Shown here in pieces: positions 52,504-64,000 of a stretch of 64,000 nt of DNA. The stretch's first letter is position 1, and each line of letters starts with the position of its first letter. The notes beneath the pieces were generated by a model. The model saw nothing but the letters and a program-made list of their open reading frames with translations, searched no databases and was not told the origin of the DNA. The position numbers were made by a program, and so were the translations under genes. The DNA is from Fimbriosthenelais zetlandica (Eukaryota), in the NCBI GenBank assembly GCA_977030845.1, contig OZ365110.1, positions 42,904,001 to 42,968,000 of the forward strand, in the 5' to 3' direction.

Positions 52504-53687
52504 TTCTAGAAATAATAACTCCTCGATAATCTGGAGGGTGTGTTTATTTTTGCCTCTATTCTATATTCTACACATGTTTTTAGTAACTTATTGAGATTTG
52601 CTATGAATTTTTAGGGATCCTAACTCTATGAAGGCATGGGAAGCATTTGGTAGAGTGGGGGAGTCGGCTCAGAATGGCACTGTAGTTAACGCTATAGTGC
52701 CTATACTGAGAGGTAACCTATACATGTATATAAACCTTTTAGTCAGCTTAATGATTTGAAACGCAGATTGAGGATATATAATAGTTTGTTTTAATTACTT
52801 TATACCAAATCAACAATAGACAATTTATTCATGATTTCACCATGTCGTTTTGCTTTTCTTAGTGATTTTTTATATAAGACTCCTAACTCACATCATAGAG
52901 AAAATGCGAGACAATCACGGGTATTTGAAATGACCAGTAATACACAAATGACGATCTCTTGTGTTGATGGACAAGGCCGGACTAATGAAAACAACATGTG
53001 GCATAGTGACTGGACTCCTACGCTCTCCATCATCCAAATCATCACATAAATGGCCACACAAGCACATTAATTTTAACAGTAGTTAATAAGAGAAACACAC
53101 TCACCTTGGGAAGAGACCCGTCTTGGTAAATATCCTTAGTTCACATGTGACCTTGTGTAGGCTACACATGCCTGCACTGTAAACACCACAACGCCTCCTA
53201 CACTCCTCACTTCAACACCAGAGGGAGGGAGGGGGCCGCAGTAGCTGACTAAATCACCATTGGTCATAATATCAGCGTTTCCACTCTGTTGCAAAATCCT
53301 GAAAAAATGGTTAATTAATTGTTACAAATTGAATGTGCCATGTTGAGATATAGAATGGTGTGTATGACATGTTGCGCTCCCGTAGGCCTTTATCATAATT
53401 AGACCTATGTGTAACAGTAGCCTCTGATAGCCAGCAGATAGCCAACAACTGTATAACATTCATGTGAAGAGGGTAGTGTGTGAGCCATAAATGATGAAAA
53501 GCACTCAGGCTCGGCCCAAGGACTGTGGTTAGTATTGTGTACTCTATACGTACAGGGCCGTCCCTTGTCCATGTGCATACATGTACGTGCGAATATATCA
53601 TGAAGTCTGTAAGCAAATACAAAAGATAGATCGACTGAATGTGATGAGAAATAATAATATGACTAAAACACTGAAGCTTAATTGATA
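52504..53687 (+). repeat. Linker L, copy 3; ends in unique sequence instead of a reverse arm
   Basis: Ends ...AAGCTTAATTGATA then TTCACATAC, whereas L1 and L2 continue ...TTGATA then TACCTGG. Confidence 0.9.
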
Positions 53688-53804
53688 TTCACATACATGT
53701 AAGTGTAATTCCTGGGTGGGCCCGTTAATAGGCATGGATCTGCCCTTCCTGAGGCAGACCTACTGACCCTCAGATAACAAAATATTATTTAGAGTATGTC
53801 TTAC

Positions 53805-53925
53805 CTTGTCTATATATGCACTTGTAAAATGTGTACGGACTTCTTGTATAGACATTAAACCACCATTTATTCATTCTTGCATGTAAAAGATCAGGAACAG
53901 TTGATTCGGGTGTAACATGAGTTGG
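53805..53925 (-). other. Candidate 121-nt exon just right of the array (PTHVTPESTVPDLLHARMNKWWFNVYTRSPYTFYKCIYRQ)
   Basis: Acceptor TTCTAATTTTATTTTCCAG| and donor CAAG|GTAAGA; open in one of three frames; no recognisable homology. Confidence 0.35.
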
Positions 53926-54200
53926 CTGGAAAATAAAATTAGAAACGTGAATAAATTTCACTGTATTTTCTCAGATTTTTACATATTCAAAACTTAATTT
54001 ACATATGCTACAGATCTGAAGCCTACCTACTCACTACATTATATTTAATAACATTAGATTTTTGTAGCTACTTCTTACGAAACCCTTCTTTGGCTCTACA
54101 GAGTAGGCAAGGTTAATTAGGTGCATGGTTTTAAGAACATACAAACAAAGGGTACAAACAAAATTTAAAAAATGTAGGCATATGCCCGGGGGCATGAATT

Positions 54201-54430
54201 TAGACGAGTCTGATATCCCAATATATTCCCTATAGTAGACGAGTTTGATATCCCAATACATTCCCTATAGTAGACGAGTCGGATATGCCAATACATTCCC
54301 TATAGTAGACGAGTGTGATATCCCAATACATTCTCTATAGTAGACGAATATGATATCCCAATATATTCTCTAAGTAAACGAGTCTGATATCCCAAACATT
54401 CTGAAAAGTAGACGAGTCTTATATCTCATA
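54201..54430 (+). repeat. 35-bp minisatellite, ~6.5 copies (TAGACGAGTCTGATATCCCAATACATTCCCTATAG)
   Basis: Units start at 54201, 54236, 54271, 54306, 54341, 54375 and 54409, decaying to the right. Confidence 0.95.
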
Positions 54431-57400
54431 GCGTTAGTTTAAGATTGAACGATCGCTTATATTATAATTCACATCAGCAAGTAGAAAATCTCGCTGGACT
54501 TGTTCTCTTTACACAATCATCCTGGGTATTATAAATCAATCATTTGATTGGAAGCCATTCAAGAGCCGAGTGTTTCATCATTCGTCTGAATAAAAAGACA
54601 GCCCTGAAATTCCATATCAAAGACCCAAACCTATGATTAAAATAAAAGCTTTTTGATCTCTCCGAAGCTTGTAAGGCACATTTTCGCCATTTATTCAAAT
54701 GAAATATCTCTCCGCGATGATGTTTTAAAAAAATGATCCATTTCCATTACCATTCTGTGCGCAGAATTGCTTCTTTAAGACATTGTAAAAATCTCGGCCA
54801 ACTCGAGCAAAATGTTTTCCTTACTGACTTTTTAGATGCTTGTTTTTTTCTGTTATCTTATTAATTCCATTATTTAGTGCAGCTATTGCAGTCTCTGCCT
54901 GATTGGACTCCTGTCTTCATCAGACTCGCCTCTCCTATGATAATAATATTGACTTCTTCCTAATCGCTGCTATTGCCTTGCGTCCCTATATTCCTAAAAG
55001 GCATTTTCAATCTAAAGTATGTCACTATCTTTGATCATGACTGGACTGAATAGGGAATTGAAAGCAAAATGGCAGCCAGTCTACCTAGCACGATTGATCT
55101 TCGATGCTCGTCTAGTGTCTTTTCCAAAAAGGATCGAAGGGGACCCTCTCCTAATTGCATCAGCAAAGATACTATCGTCCTTGACAACCGCTTGATTAGT
55201 ATCGTCATTGGAGAGATCTATGGGCCTAGAGAACCACCGGCTTTTTCCGATAAAAATGAACGCTTCGCGTGATGACTCTGCCCTTATCTCCCCCAGATTT
55301 CATTCTATGTCTTATCCCCAAGAATGCTGATAAATTTAATAGACTGATAAAACGGGCACGCGCTTCTTTGGCGCTTAGTCGGCGGTGTCTTGTAGGAATG
55401 GCAAGGTGTCAGAATCCATTTATTCAGATATAGGCACCAATAGCCCCACTCTCAATCCCTCCATTATACAGTATAGACTCGGGATTACGCTTAGATTTGT
55501 ATCATGGTGTCTTTGATGTTTTTCCTCCTTCTTGGAAAATGAACCCACCCCATTGTTATTGTAATGGAAAGATTGAATAATAGAGCATCGTTTATATAGT
55601 TTATCTCAGTGTAAAATGGGGGGAGATTATAAAGTTCAAAAGCAGAGGCGTCTTAAAAAATAATCTTTTGATATCAGTTGCGTGTTTAATTAACATCGTG
55701 TGGTTAAAAATGGCACATTGTTAAATACTGTACATCATTAAATACTGAAAATGATGCAAAATGAAATCTATACCCTCTGCCTCAACACAGTTTAAATTTC
55801 ATATTTTTAAATTCATGGTTTAAGCCAACAAATTCACCATACGAATCAATGCATTAATCCCATTATACTATACTCAATTCCCTCTTGGTGGGCGAGTTCT
55901 CCTTTTTTCATATAGTGGCGATCATTGTCAGTTTTGATCTCCTGTTTTGTCACTCAAGAGATAGAAAAATTCACTTTGTAGGCTACCTATAGACACCCTA
56001 GAGTGAGCAGCCATGTCTGAAAGGCAATGGCAAGAGACTTGGATAAGATGAAGAGGTTTTATACCATGGGTGCCTGGCTCATTAGTGGCATGCCCATCAT
56101 TGTAATTAAAGGTAGGAAACCTTTTTATCCATTTTTTTAAATGTAAAACTGACATCCTTTCTCTGCCAGGGCTCTGTTCCATTAAGGTCAAACAGTTTGT
56201 CAGACTCCTTCCTACCAATAACCTAGACTCCATAACTCAAAGGTTCAATGACTCTTCAACGAGAGAGAAGAATTTAAGAAGAGTTAAACCAAATTCAAAT
56301 GGGAATTTTAGAGTTGTATTAAAGATGGATTGGAGTATATATATAGGAAGAGAGGAAGCCACAGGGACTGTGGAATGAAGCCACTACTATACCACTACCA
56401 CCCACCACTCGGCCATTCGGTTATCATCTTTCGTGTTTCCCCCAGTGGAACTAGTCACCCCAACGCCCTTCACATAGCGACTCCTCCATTCGCCCTGCCA
56501 ACCCCACACTCCACTCTGTCGTGTCACGTTTATCAGGTTTTCCGAACTGGTGAACATAACACAAAAAGGGGAAGCAAAATTCAGATGAGGATGTGTATGG
56601 GACGATGGTGCGTTGATCGGGCAAACCAAGTGAGAGAGCGGCGGAAGTATTCCATGTCAGCTTCTATTGGAGACATGGAATGTTGGAGGCGTTATTGCCC
56701 TGCCGTCTATGGAATACATGGATCATCCCAGGCTCCATTATGTCAGGGGATGTCCTCACGTATTCTCTCCTCTTGTTCCAATTAGTTTCTCTGTACCAAT
56801 TTAAAGAAAAAAGTTTATCACGTTGGGAGACAGATTTGGGCTACCACCATATAAGTAATGTTGCAGTATAAATCAATCAATGCTCCCAGCAACTACATAA
56901 TTAATTAACTTATATTTTCTTAGGCAAAGGTGGGTATATATAAATAAATTTATTTAATTTACTCCCTTAATATGGGTATAATTTACTCCCTTATATGGGT
57001 ATGTCAATACATTATAGGCCTATACAGTGAAACCATAATAATTGTTTGTTACATGCTGCAGTCTGTCTCATTGATTACTTTTGAATTACGTGCTAACTTT
57101 TTCCACATTTCTTATGCATAATTCCGATGCATGTATACAAGTGACATGCTGTATGGACTTCATTATATTGAAATGAGTAACTGCTGGCGCGATATTCAGC
57201 AGAAAAAAGTCTTTGACCTTTGAGCACAAGATGTCATTGGTATTGCTGATGGAAGCGGAGAGCAACGCCATGTCTCCCAATTAAAAGGTCGTGACCAAAA
57301 CAGGAGGAGGAATCATACCATGCAATGTGATCAGGAAATTTCAATAATTTGCCAGAGTGGGGTGAAAAAAAGTAGGTGGGGGCTATGCAGGGAAGGTCAT

Positions 57401-57924
57401 TGCTCACAGTGGGTGACGTATCTAGAAGGCTGATGAGACTGATGGCTTGTCCTGCAGGCAGGCTTGAACGGTGTAGCTGAGACCCCTTCAGGCCCAGACA
57501 GTGTATTGCAATAGGAGGGAGGCGAGGCCATGCTTGTAGGAGTAAATGATTTGTGAGCATTCACTCATACATGGCTAGCCAAGCAAGTGACAGCCCAGTG
57601 TCCGTGGAGCGGGTAGGGCCACTGGAGGAAAGGTCTATCTATCAAGGTTTTCCCTGCTCCATCCTCCTTCCCCTCCTCCCGCTCCTCCTCCTGGGTCTTA
57701 TTGGAAAGAGAGAGGCCTCAGGAGTAACAGGTGTGGGAGGGGGAAGAGAAGGAAGAGGACAGGTGAAGAGAAATTGGGGGAAAATAGGGGGAGGTCACGG
57801 GTGGGTGGGAAAAGGAAGTAAGATGAGCTTTTTATGGATGTTTCCCTGGGTATTAACAGCCTTGTGGCTTATGTATAGTTATATTATGCATGTTAATAGA
57901 TCGTTTTAATGAGTTTACCCTATT

Positions 57925-58610
57925 TTCTGGTCATTGTTTAGCGAACTGCTCACACTTGCTCAGAAGTGGTTATAGTTGTTATAAACTGCTCATGACCACC
58001 CCAGTGTGTCACCCATATCTTCCTATTCCCTTTCCCTATATCCTAACTGAATATAGGCCTACCAAAACAATGAGCTGTCTCATGCTATACTAGTGTTGCA
58101 TTCTGGCTACTAATTAATGACCTGCTCACAATTGCTCAGAGAAGCTTAGATCTATTTCGAACGGCCCATAACCAGTCATACTTCTCCCACTTTTAGTTTG
58201 CCTCTTTTCCCTTTCTTCTTCAACCTGGATCATTGCTTTCTGTTCATTGGTTATCGAACTGCTCACATCTGCTCAGAATTGATCATAGCTGTCATTAACT
58301 GCTCAGAAATTTCATTCAGTGTTAAACTAATCTTAAATCTGGCGACTAGCTGCTGACCTGCTCACACCTGCTCAGAGAGGCTTAATTAGATCTAATTTGA
58401 ACATCCCATGACCAGTCATAATTCTGCCACTATTCTCTTGCTCCACTATTCTTTTGCTCCACTATTCTTTCAATCTTCTCTTCATCCCAGGTCATTGCTT
58501 TATGGCCATTGGTTACCGAACTGCTCACATCTGCTCAGAAGTGATTATAGCTGTTATGAACTACTCATGACCACTCCCGCTACTCCCCCATATCATTCCC
58601 TTTCCTATTG
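57925..58610 (+). repeat. Degenerate higher-order repeat A-B-A-B-A sharing the core CTGCTCACA-NN-TGCTCAGA
   Basis: Core at 57946, 58122, 58259, 58358 and 58521. A copies continue with ATAG(C/T)TGT..AACT; B copies continue with TTAGATCT..GAAC..CCCAT(A/G)ACCAGTCATA. Confidence 0.85.
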
Positions 58611-61600
58611 TTCGCTACAATAAATGAATATGCCCAAACAGGAACCTGTTAGGAACAAAATAATAGGCCAATCTGATGCAAAACAAAGTTTCTGAGGGTT
58701 CCTCGTTTATCTGGCGAATGTTGTACAGAAATAGCCTTTGTCTCTCTCCCTGGTAATCTCTTTAACAACCAGATGAACACAGGAAGGCTTTCTACCTCTT
58801 CCCAGAGATATGGTCAATTTCTCTCCGGATACCTTTAAACGAGTGTCTTTGCCCATAGTGAAACTTGGCTAGAAAATTAGACAAGCTGTGGCAAAAGGTT
58901 CCTATAGATTGTTCCTGGAGACTATGGCCAAATGCTGGAAGTCTGCAAAAAAAAACTGGTGCAAAGACCATAAGATCAACTGTCAGGGAAATAAGATGAA
59001 TTCGATCCGGAATAATCGATTTAACCCTCTCTGCCTTAAAGGGAGGAAGGCAGAGGAGTTTTCAGTGGCAGAACTTGATGAAGAATAATCTGGATTTGGA
59101 GGAAAGAATGGTGAATAATTGACAAGTGCTGAAGCAACCTTAGGGGATTAATTCAACTAATTCTGACCATTCTGGCCATCTTGAAGAAGGAGCAAGGAGA
59201 GGTCTGGAGGGGGCTTCAGTCTTGGGTGTTGCTCCCATAACCTTAGTGTATTTCTCTATTGATAGCATATTAGGCTGGCTATGTTAGCCAGGTCATGGGG
59301 CTATGAGCTGCGACCAGACATCTATAAAGGTCAGGCAAAGTCACAGCATTAGGGGGGGCTGGCAATTGTTATGCAGGACCAAGGGAGGCCTTATGTCACT
59401 CACCATCACCACAAGACCTTCAGGCAAACACACAATTACTCGCTGGATACAAAATCAGGAGGCCATTGTGGCCTAGGGCCCGTGAATCAGAGTAGGGGCC
59501 TAGTTAACAAGGCAGAGAGCGTCATCTGTATGTGCAGCGCCATGTGCAGTCCCGGCCCCAGCCACGCCCCATGAAGGGCCCCAATACTTGTCTCACGAGA
59601 AAGCTTTCGTGTTCAGCATGGTTCCCCTACCAGCTTCCCAGCGGTCAGTCAGATAAGTTCCCACCACCACCACCACCACCTCCAACTCTCTCCATCTCCT
59701 CTTCCTTTGCTCCTCTCTGCTCACTACAAAGAACCGGTCACCAAGCGGCTCTTTATCTGGCTTCAAATTTGGAAACATTGCGCAAAGGCCAGTGAATGGG
59801 TGGCTGATTAGCATTTGTTGTGGGCGAGTATTGGTCTTGTAGGGGGTATCAGCAAGAGCCCTCTCATACTCAGGGGAACTGGGTTTCATGATAATCCAGA
59901 CATTCAGACTGTAGGAAGCATCTTTCTTCCTGATGCTGACAAGATTCTAGCTTAAACTCATCCCCCATAGCTCCTTCCTTCTTCCCCTCCGGCGTTACAT
60001 GTCCAGGCCCCCCTAAAAAAAGAGATTCAAGCGGAGCACTTTGATCAAAGCATCGAGAAGGGCACTTGTCAGGGTCTTGATATGCAAATCACCAAGTCGT
60101 ATTGTCAGTCAGTGTAGATAGGTTTGATAGTTTCATCATTATCGTGAGCTGTAGGGTATTGGGGGGAGCCGAGATGGCGGCCCCAGGGCCCGAGTAACCG
60201 ACAGTATATCTGCCAGCCCTTGCCACTTATCTATGGCCCCCTTTGTGCTTGGGCCCCACCCTTTAATTGATCCAGGAATTTAAAGGAAGTTGGATCCACC
60301 AGAGACAGGTTTGACTGACAGCAGCCCCCATATGGCGAGAGCAAGGAAGGGGAATTATTAAACTGCAGGGTTAGCTGAATGTTGACCTGGCCAAAAAAAA
60401 GAAGAATCGAACCAAGAGAAATCATGCATGGGAGTCACATATATTTTGATTTGATTTGATAAAAAATAAGGCCAAGACATAGTCAATATATATAAGCTAC
60501 GTTTGTGCTATCTCTGAGGTTAGGGACGGGTCTAAACAGTTCAAAACTTTTATAGATTTTGTCAGAGATTTCTTATACAGTGATGTGAACATCTCCGATA
60601 AGGTGACTATAGGTTCCATTGCCAAAAACCAACGATATATACAGTCTACTCTCCCTTAGTAGTCACGCCCTTTAAATGGCCAGGCCACATTAATTATTAT
60701 GGTAAGTTTTTTCTCAGAACGGAGGTGCATCCTATTATATTGGTATTGTTCTACTCTCCCTACAATGGTCAGTTCTGCTCAGAACGCCGTATGACCGAAA
60801 TAGGGAGAGTCAACTGATATATATATGCAAAGATATATATATATATTATCATAGTTTTGATATTATTATAATAAAGACTTCTATATGGTAGAAATATTTG
60901 TTGCCCACATCGCATATTAGTTCTATACATCCCGTACTAAAGCTGTTATAATGAAGTCAGTGGTGTCAGGGAAATGCCCTTGTTCCGACACCCTCCTACA
61001 TGTGTGATTTTATGATAGAAATATATTTCCCCTTCTTTACGAGCTATTTGGTTTAAACCATGCCTGTAAAAAGGTGATTATCTTACATAAACTACTTACA
61101 GTCATGAGAAGGAGGGAGAGAAAAAAAACCTAGCTATGATTAGTGGCTGTTTGCTGAGCTGAAAAAGTCAGGCCTGGCCTAGAAGCCCGATGATTGAAGA
61201 CATTTTACTCTACTACTCATCCCTCACCCTGCTTCAGTGCGACATTTCATTCTACTACTTACACTTCCCTTCTATAGCAAAACCACACCATGCAAAACCA
61301 CCAGCGAGCCATTGCCCGCGCTATGATTTGCATTTCTTTTCAATAAAAGGCAGCGAATATGTGAGGGATATGCAGGGTATTTACCATATATATACATACC
61401 CTTGGCAATACAGATGGGTGGTACGCCTTCAGATAACATCGTTAATTCTCCTTATTTACCGACCCTTTGACATTAATGGTGTTCTTGATAATAGGCATTG
61501 CTGTGAATAGAATGGCCATAATATTCCCTACACGACATTTGCTGTTTATGTTTTAACCGTTGGAGTCTCTCTCTCCTCCCCCTTTAGTATAAAACAGTGA

Positions 61601-63879
61601 TGGAATGTGGAATCTAGGAGGCTCGATCTTCTAAATGGGTCAGTAATCATTTATTAGTTGGGGCCCATTGTCGTCGTAAATTGTCAGTTGTTTATAACAT
61701 CCCAGTAGGGGGTTTCATCGCTCATAACGAGAGGCAAACAAAGGCCTGGTCGCCCTTCAGCCCTATTCTCATGATATAAATGAAGTGGGCTCACTGTGAA
61801 AGTGTTGGAGGGATTAGGTCGCGCCGATCCCCTGATAATCCTATGATCTATGTGCCTTGGTGTCCACTGTGCTGCGGCCCACAAGGGATGCGATAAAGCA
61901 CCCACGTTAGGCCTTGCCCCAATATTGGTAAAACCGCAACACACTCCAAATGTATAGATATGGGCTTTTAAACTCAGGTGGTAGGGTTACTTTCCCGTTC
62001 CATATTTATTTCCCCACTTTCCTTTATTACGTTCTGGAACATATTATCCAGTAAAATGTAATATACAGTCATCACTTTAGGCTTACATCATAATTACGAA
62101 ATTCCATTAAAGCAGTGGAAAACTGATTAGAAATGATGGCTTAACACATTGAAATATTGCCATTGAAAATAGAGGCAATTAAGACAAAGGGCATCTGTCC
62201 TATCCATGCACATCACCTTATTCCCTACCCCATTAGTCCTATCTCTATCTGATAGCCCATGTCCACCCTTGTGAAGAACATCAGTGGCACACGAGTACCA
62301 AGGCATGTGTACCCCCTCCCACACGCATTCCAATGGGGCTGAGGGTTAACCTGTTTAAATTGGAACGCCAAGAATGCCATGCTGCTCTCAGCAAACCCTT
62401 CCAGTTGAGACTTCAATGTTTTAACTCTTATACAACAATACCATGAGAACATAGAGTAATAATATTATTATCTGTATATTCTACTTTATGGTCAGTCATT
62501 GCATAAAGAAGATCGCGTTTTTGTTTTGTATGGGGAAGATTAGCCATCCATTCTGCCTCTCCATTGCTGCCCCATGGCTTATGGACCTTTCACAGGCTCT
62601 CCTCTTGCTCTCACAGCTTTGGCCAAAGGCTGAAACCATGGGAGGATTTTCCCACAGCCTTTCACCACTTGGCATCAATTTACCCAGGGCTGGGTAAGGG
62701 GAAGGGATAGCTCTAAGCTGTTTATGCGCTGACGATGCAACGTGAGAGTGAATGGGGGAAGGTGGACTCCTTTGACAAGGCTGATGTTCGTCCCATAGCA
62801 AGCCCTACATGGTTAAGATAGGAAACATGTTGGCGTGTTGAGAAGTGGCTGCCAATGCCAGAGTATCTGACTGGACCCCGTGTGGTTTCTTTACAATGGT
62901 AACAACTGCCTTCACCCCTCCCGACCATTCATATGTATAAGCCAGACACCATTCGTGCTTCAGGGATATCTACTTGGGATTTCTATGGATTTGCGAGTAG
63001 CATCAGTATTTATGTATGCTAAAGCGGGCCCATACTGTCCCATATAATGTAGCTGTAAATTTGCCAATAAACCTCCCAAGCCATGCCGTTTGCCTCTGTA
63101 GAGTTCTAGAAATTCCTCATTTATAAGCCAGGCAGTGCGCTGAGACTTCCTTGTATTCTGCCATGAGAATTCTTCCACATATTACTATGGTCCATGAGGC
63201 CTTGGCGTAAGAAAATTCATGCGATAGAATATTCGATAAGATTTCCTTGCAGTAGCAATAAAAACCATTATTTCTGTTCCATTGAGTCTCTCAGCGACTT
63301 CCTTTAATGCCTCCCCATATACATATTTAATGCAAACATCATCAAATGCTTAAATGCTTTTATATTCCCACTTCTGATGTAATATCTTCTATTGCATTTG
63401 GGTAATATATATCTTTGGGGCAAACATCAATAGAAAACCTAGATGATATTTATCACTGAATGCACATCTACATAACCTTGTCTACATATAAAAGTGCACC
63501 CTTTCAGACTTCGTGACCCAAACAAAACAAGGCACAGTCTCGTAATGTCTCGACTAGGGACGAGACATTGCGTGAACCTCGTTCTGGGGTCATCGATCAT
63601 GTGCTGCCCCCCGGTGAGCATGACGAAGGTCATTACTCGTGGTGACACGACTCATCCCTAGCTATATCAATTGCTGTCTCCAACGGCCCCTCTCTCTCCC
63701 CCGGTCAAGAATTAGCCTGGTCGGTAACGGTCATTTTCTCTCGGCTCCTTATAAAGGAGCCTGCCATTCAGAGGTGGATGGCAGGCGCAGACTTGGTGCA
63801 GAACCCTCCATCTCTTTACTTGTGACGTTGAATGTTTCTGACTTAAAACGCTATCATCTACTAAGCCAAACAGCAAGGG

Positions 63880-64000
63880 TTAGAGAAGAGAAAAGAAGAG
63901 ACGGGCGAAAGGGAACTGGAAGAAAGGGAAAGGGAAAGCTTGAAAGAGACAGGGAGGGGAGGGAAGGGCATGGGAGGAAGTGGGAGGAAGAGGGAGGGAA
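63880..64000 (+). repeat. Purine-rich (G/A) low-complexity tract running off the window end
   Basis: Almost exclusively G and A (GAAGG/GGGA-type motifs). Confidence 0.85.

Larger units (their letters stand above)
43613..53687. repeat. ~10.1-kb complex array: ~3.1-kb tandem units, each containing long inverted repeats (nested palindromes)
   Basis: Homologous landmarks recur at 45867, 48975 and 52043 on plus (periods 3108 and 3068) and at 44635, 48020 and 51095 on minus. Copies differ by substitutions and indels. Confidence 0.95.

Noticed and set aside
44777-52509. Recurrent ORFs such as MLKVLLKISNFKMYPIFTPSSDR... and ...WTLYKVAAPGKIDKII... as a gene family
   Set aside because: They recur only because the arm is repeated; starts and stops vary between copies and nothing is recognisable.
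43613-53687. Array as a pure assembly duplication artefact
   Set aside because: Copies differ by many substitutions and indels with structured sharing patterns, unlike an exact false duplication; raw-read confirmation is still advisable.
4061-54430. The 20-, 35-, 41- and 48-bp repeats as CRISPR arrays
   Set aside because: Units are directly adjacent with no unique spacers, there are no cas genes, and the context is eukaryotic.

Overview
Eukaryotic, repeat-rich, essentially non-coding genomic DNA. None of the supplied ORFs (all 209 aa or shorter) resembles a protein family I can recognise, and I found no rRNA, intact tRNA, intact transposase or reverse transcriptase, or CRISPR array. An animal, possibly an invertebrate deuterostome such as an echinoderm, is my inference from GT-AG splice signals, a ZNF143/Staf-like plus ETS motif pair and frequent TAGGCCTA octamers; this is unconfirmed. 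The dominant structure is a ~10.1 kb array (43613-53687) built from three modules. A is a ~0.85-0.93 kb arm present six times in strictly alternating orientation. S is a ~80-95 bp asymmetric spacer. L is a ~1.2 kb linker. The order is L(rev, partial) - A(rev) - S - A(fwd) - L - A(rev) - S - A(fwd) - L - A(rev) - S - A(fwd) - L, i.e. ~3.1 kb tandem units that are also nested palindromes. Every arm carries the same promoter-like motif pair and an AAG|GTGAGT splice donor. L carries exon-like segments on both strands. Shared private variants suggest arm-to-arm gene conversion across S. The rest of the window holds several minisatellites (20, 32/41, 48 and 35 bp units), a higher-order degenerate repeat, a tRNA-like relic, MITE/transposon-end-like fragments and two isolated candidate exons. 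All coordinates were counted by hand, and module boundaries are approximate.
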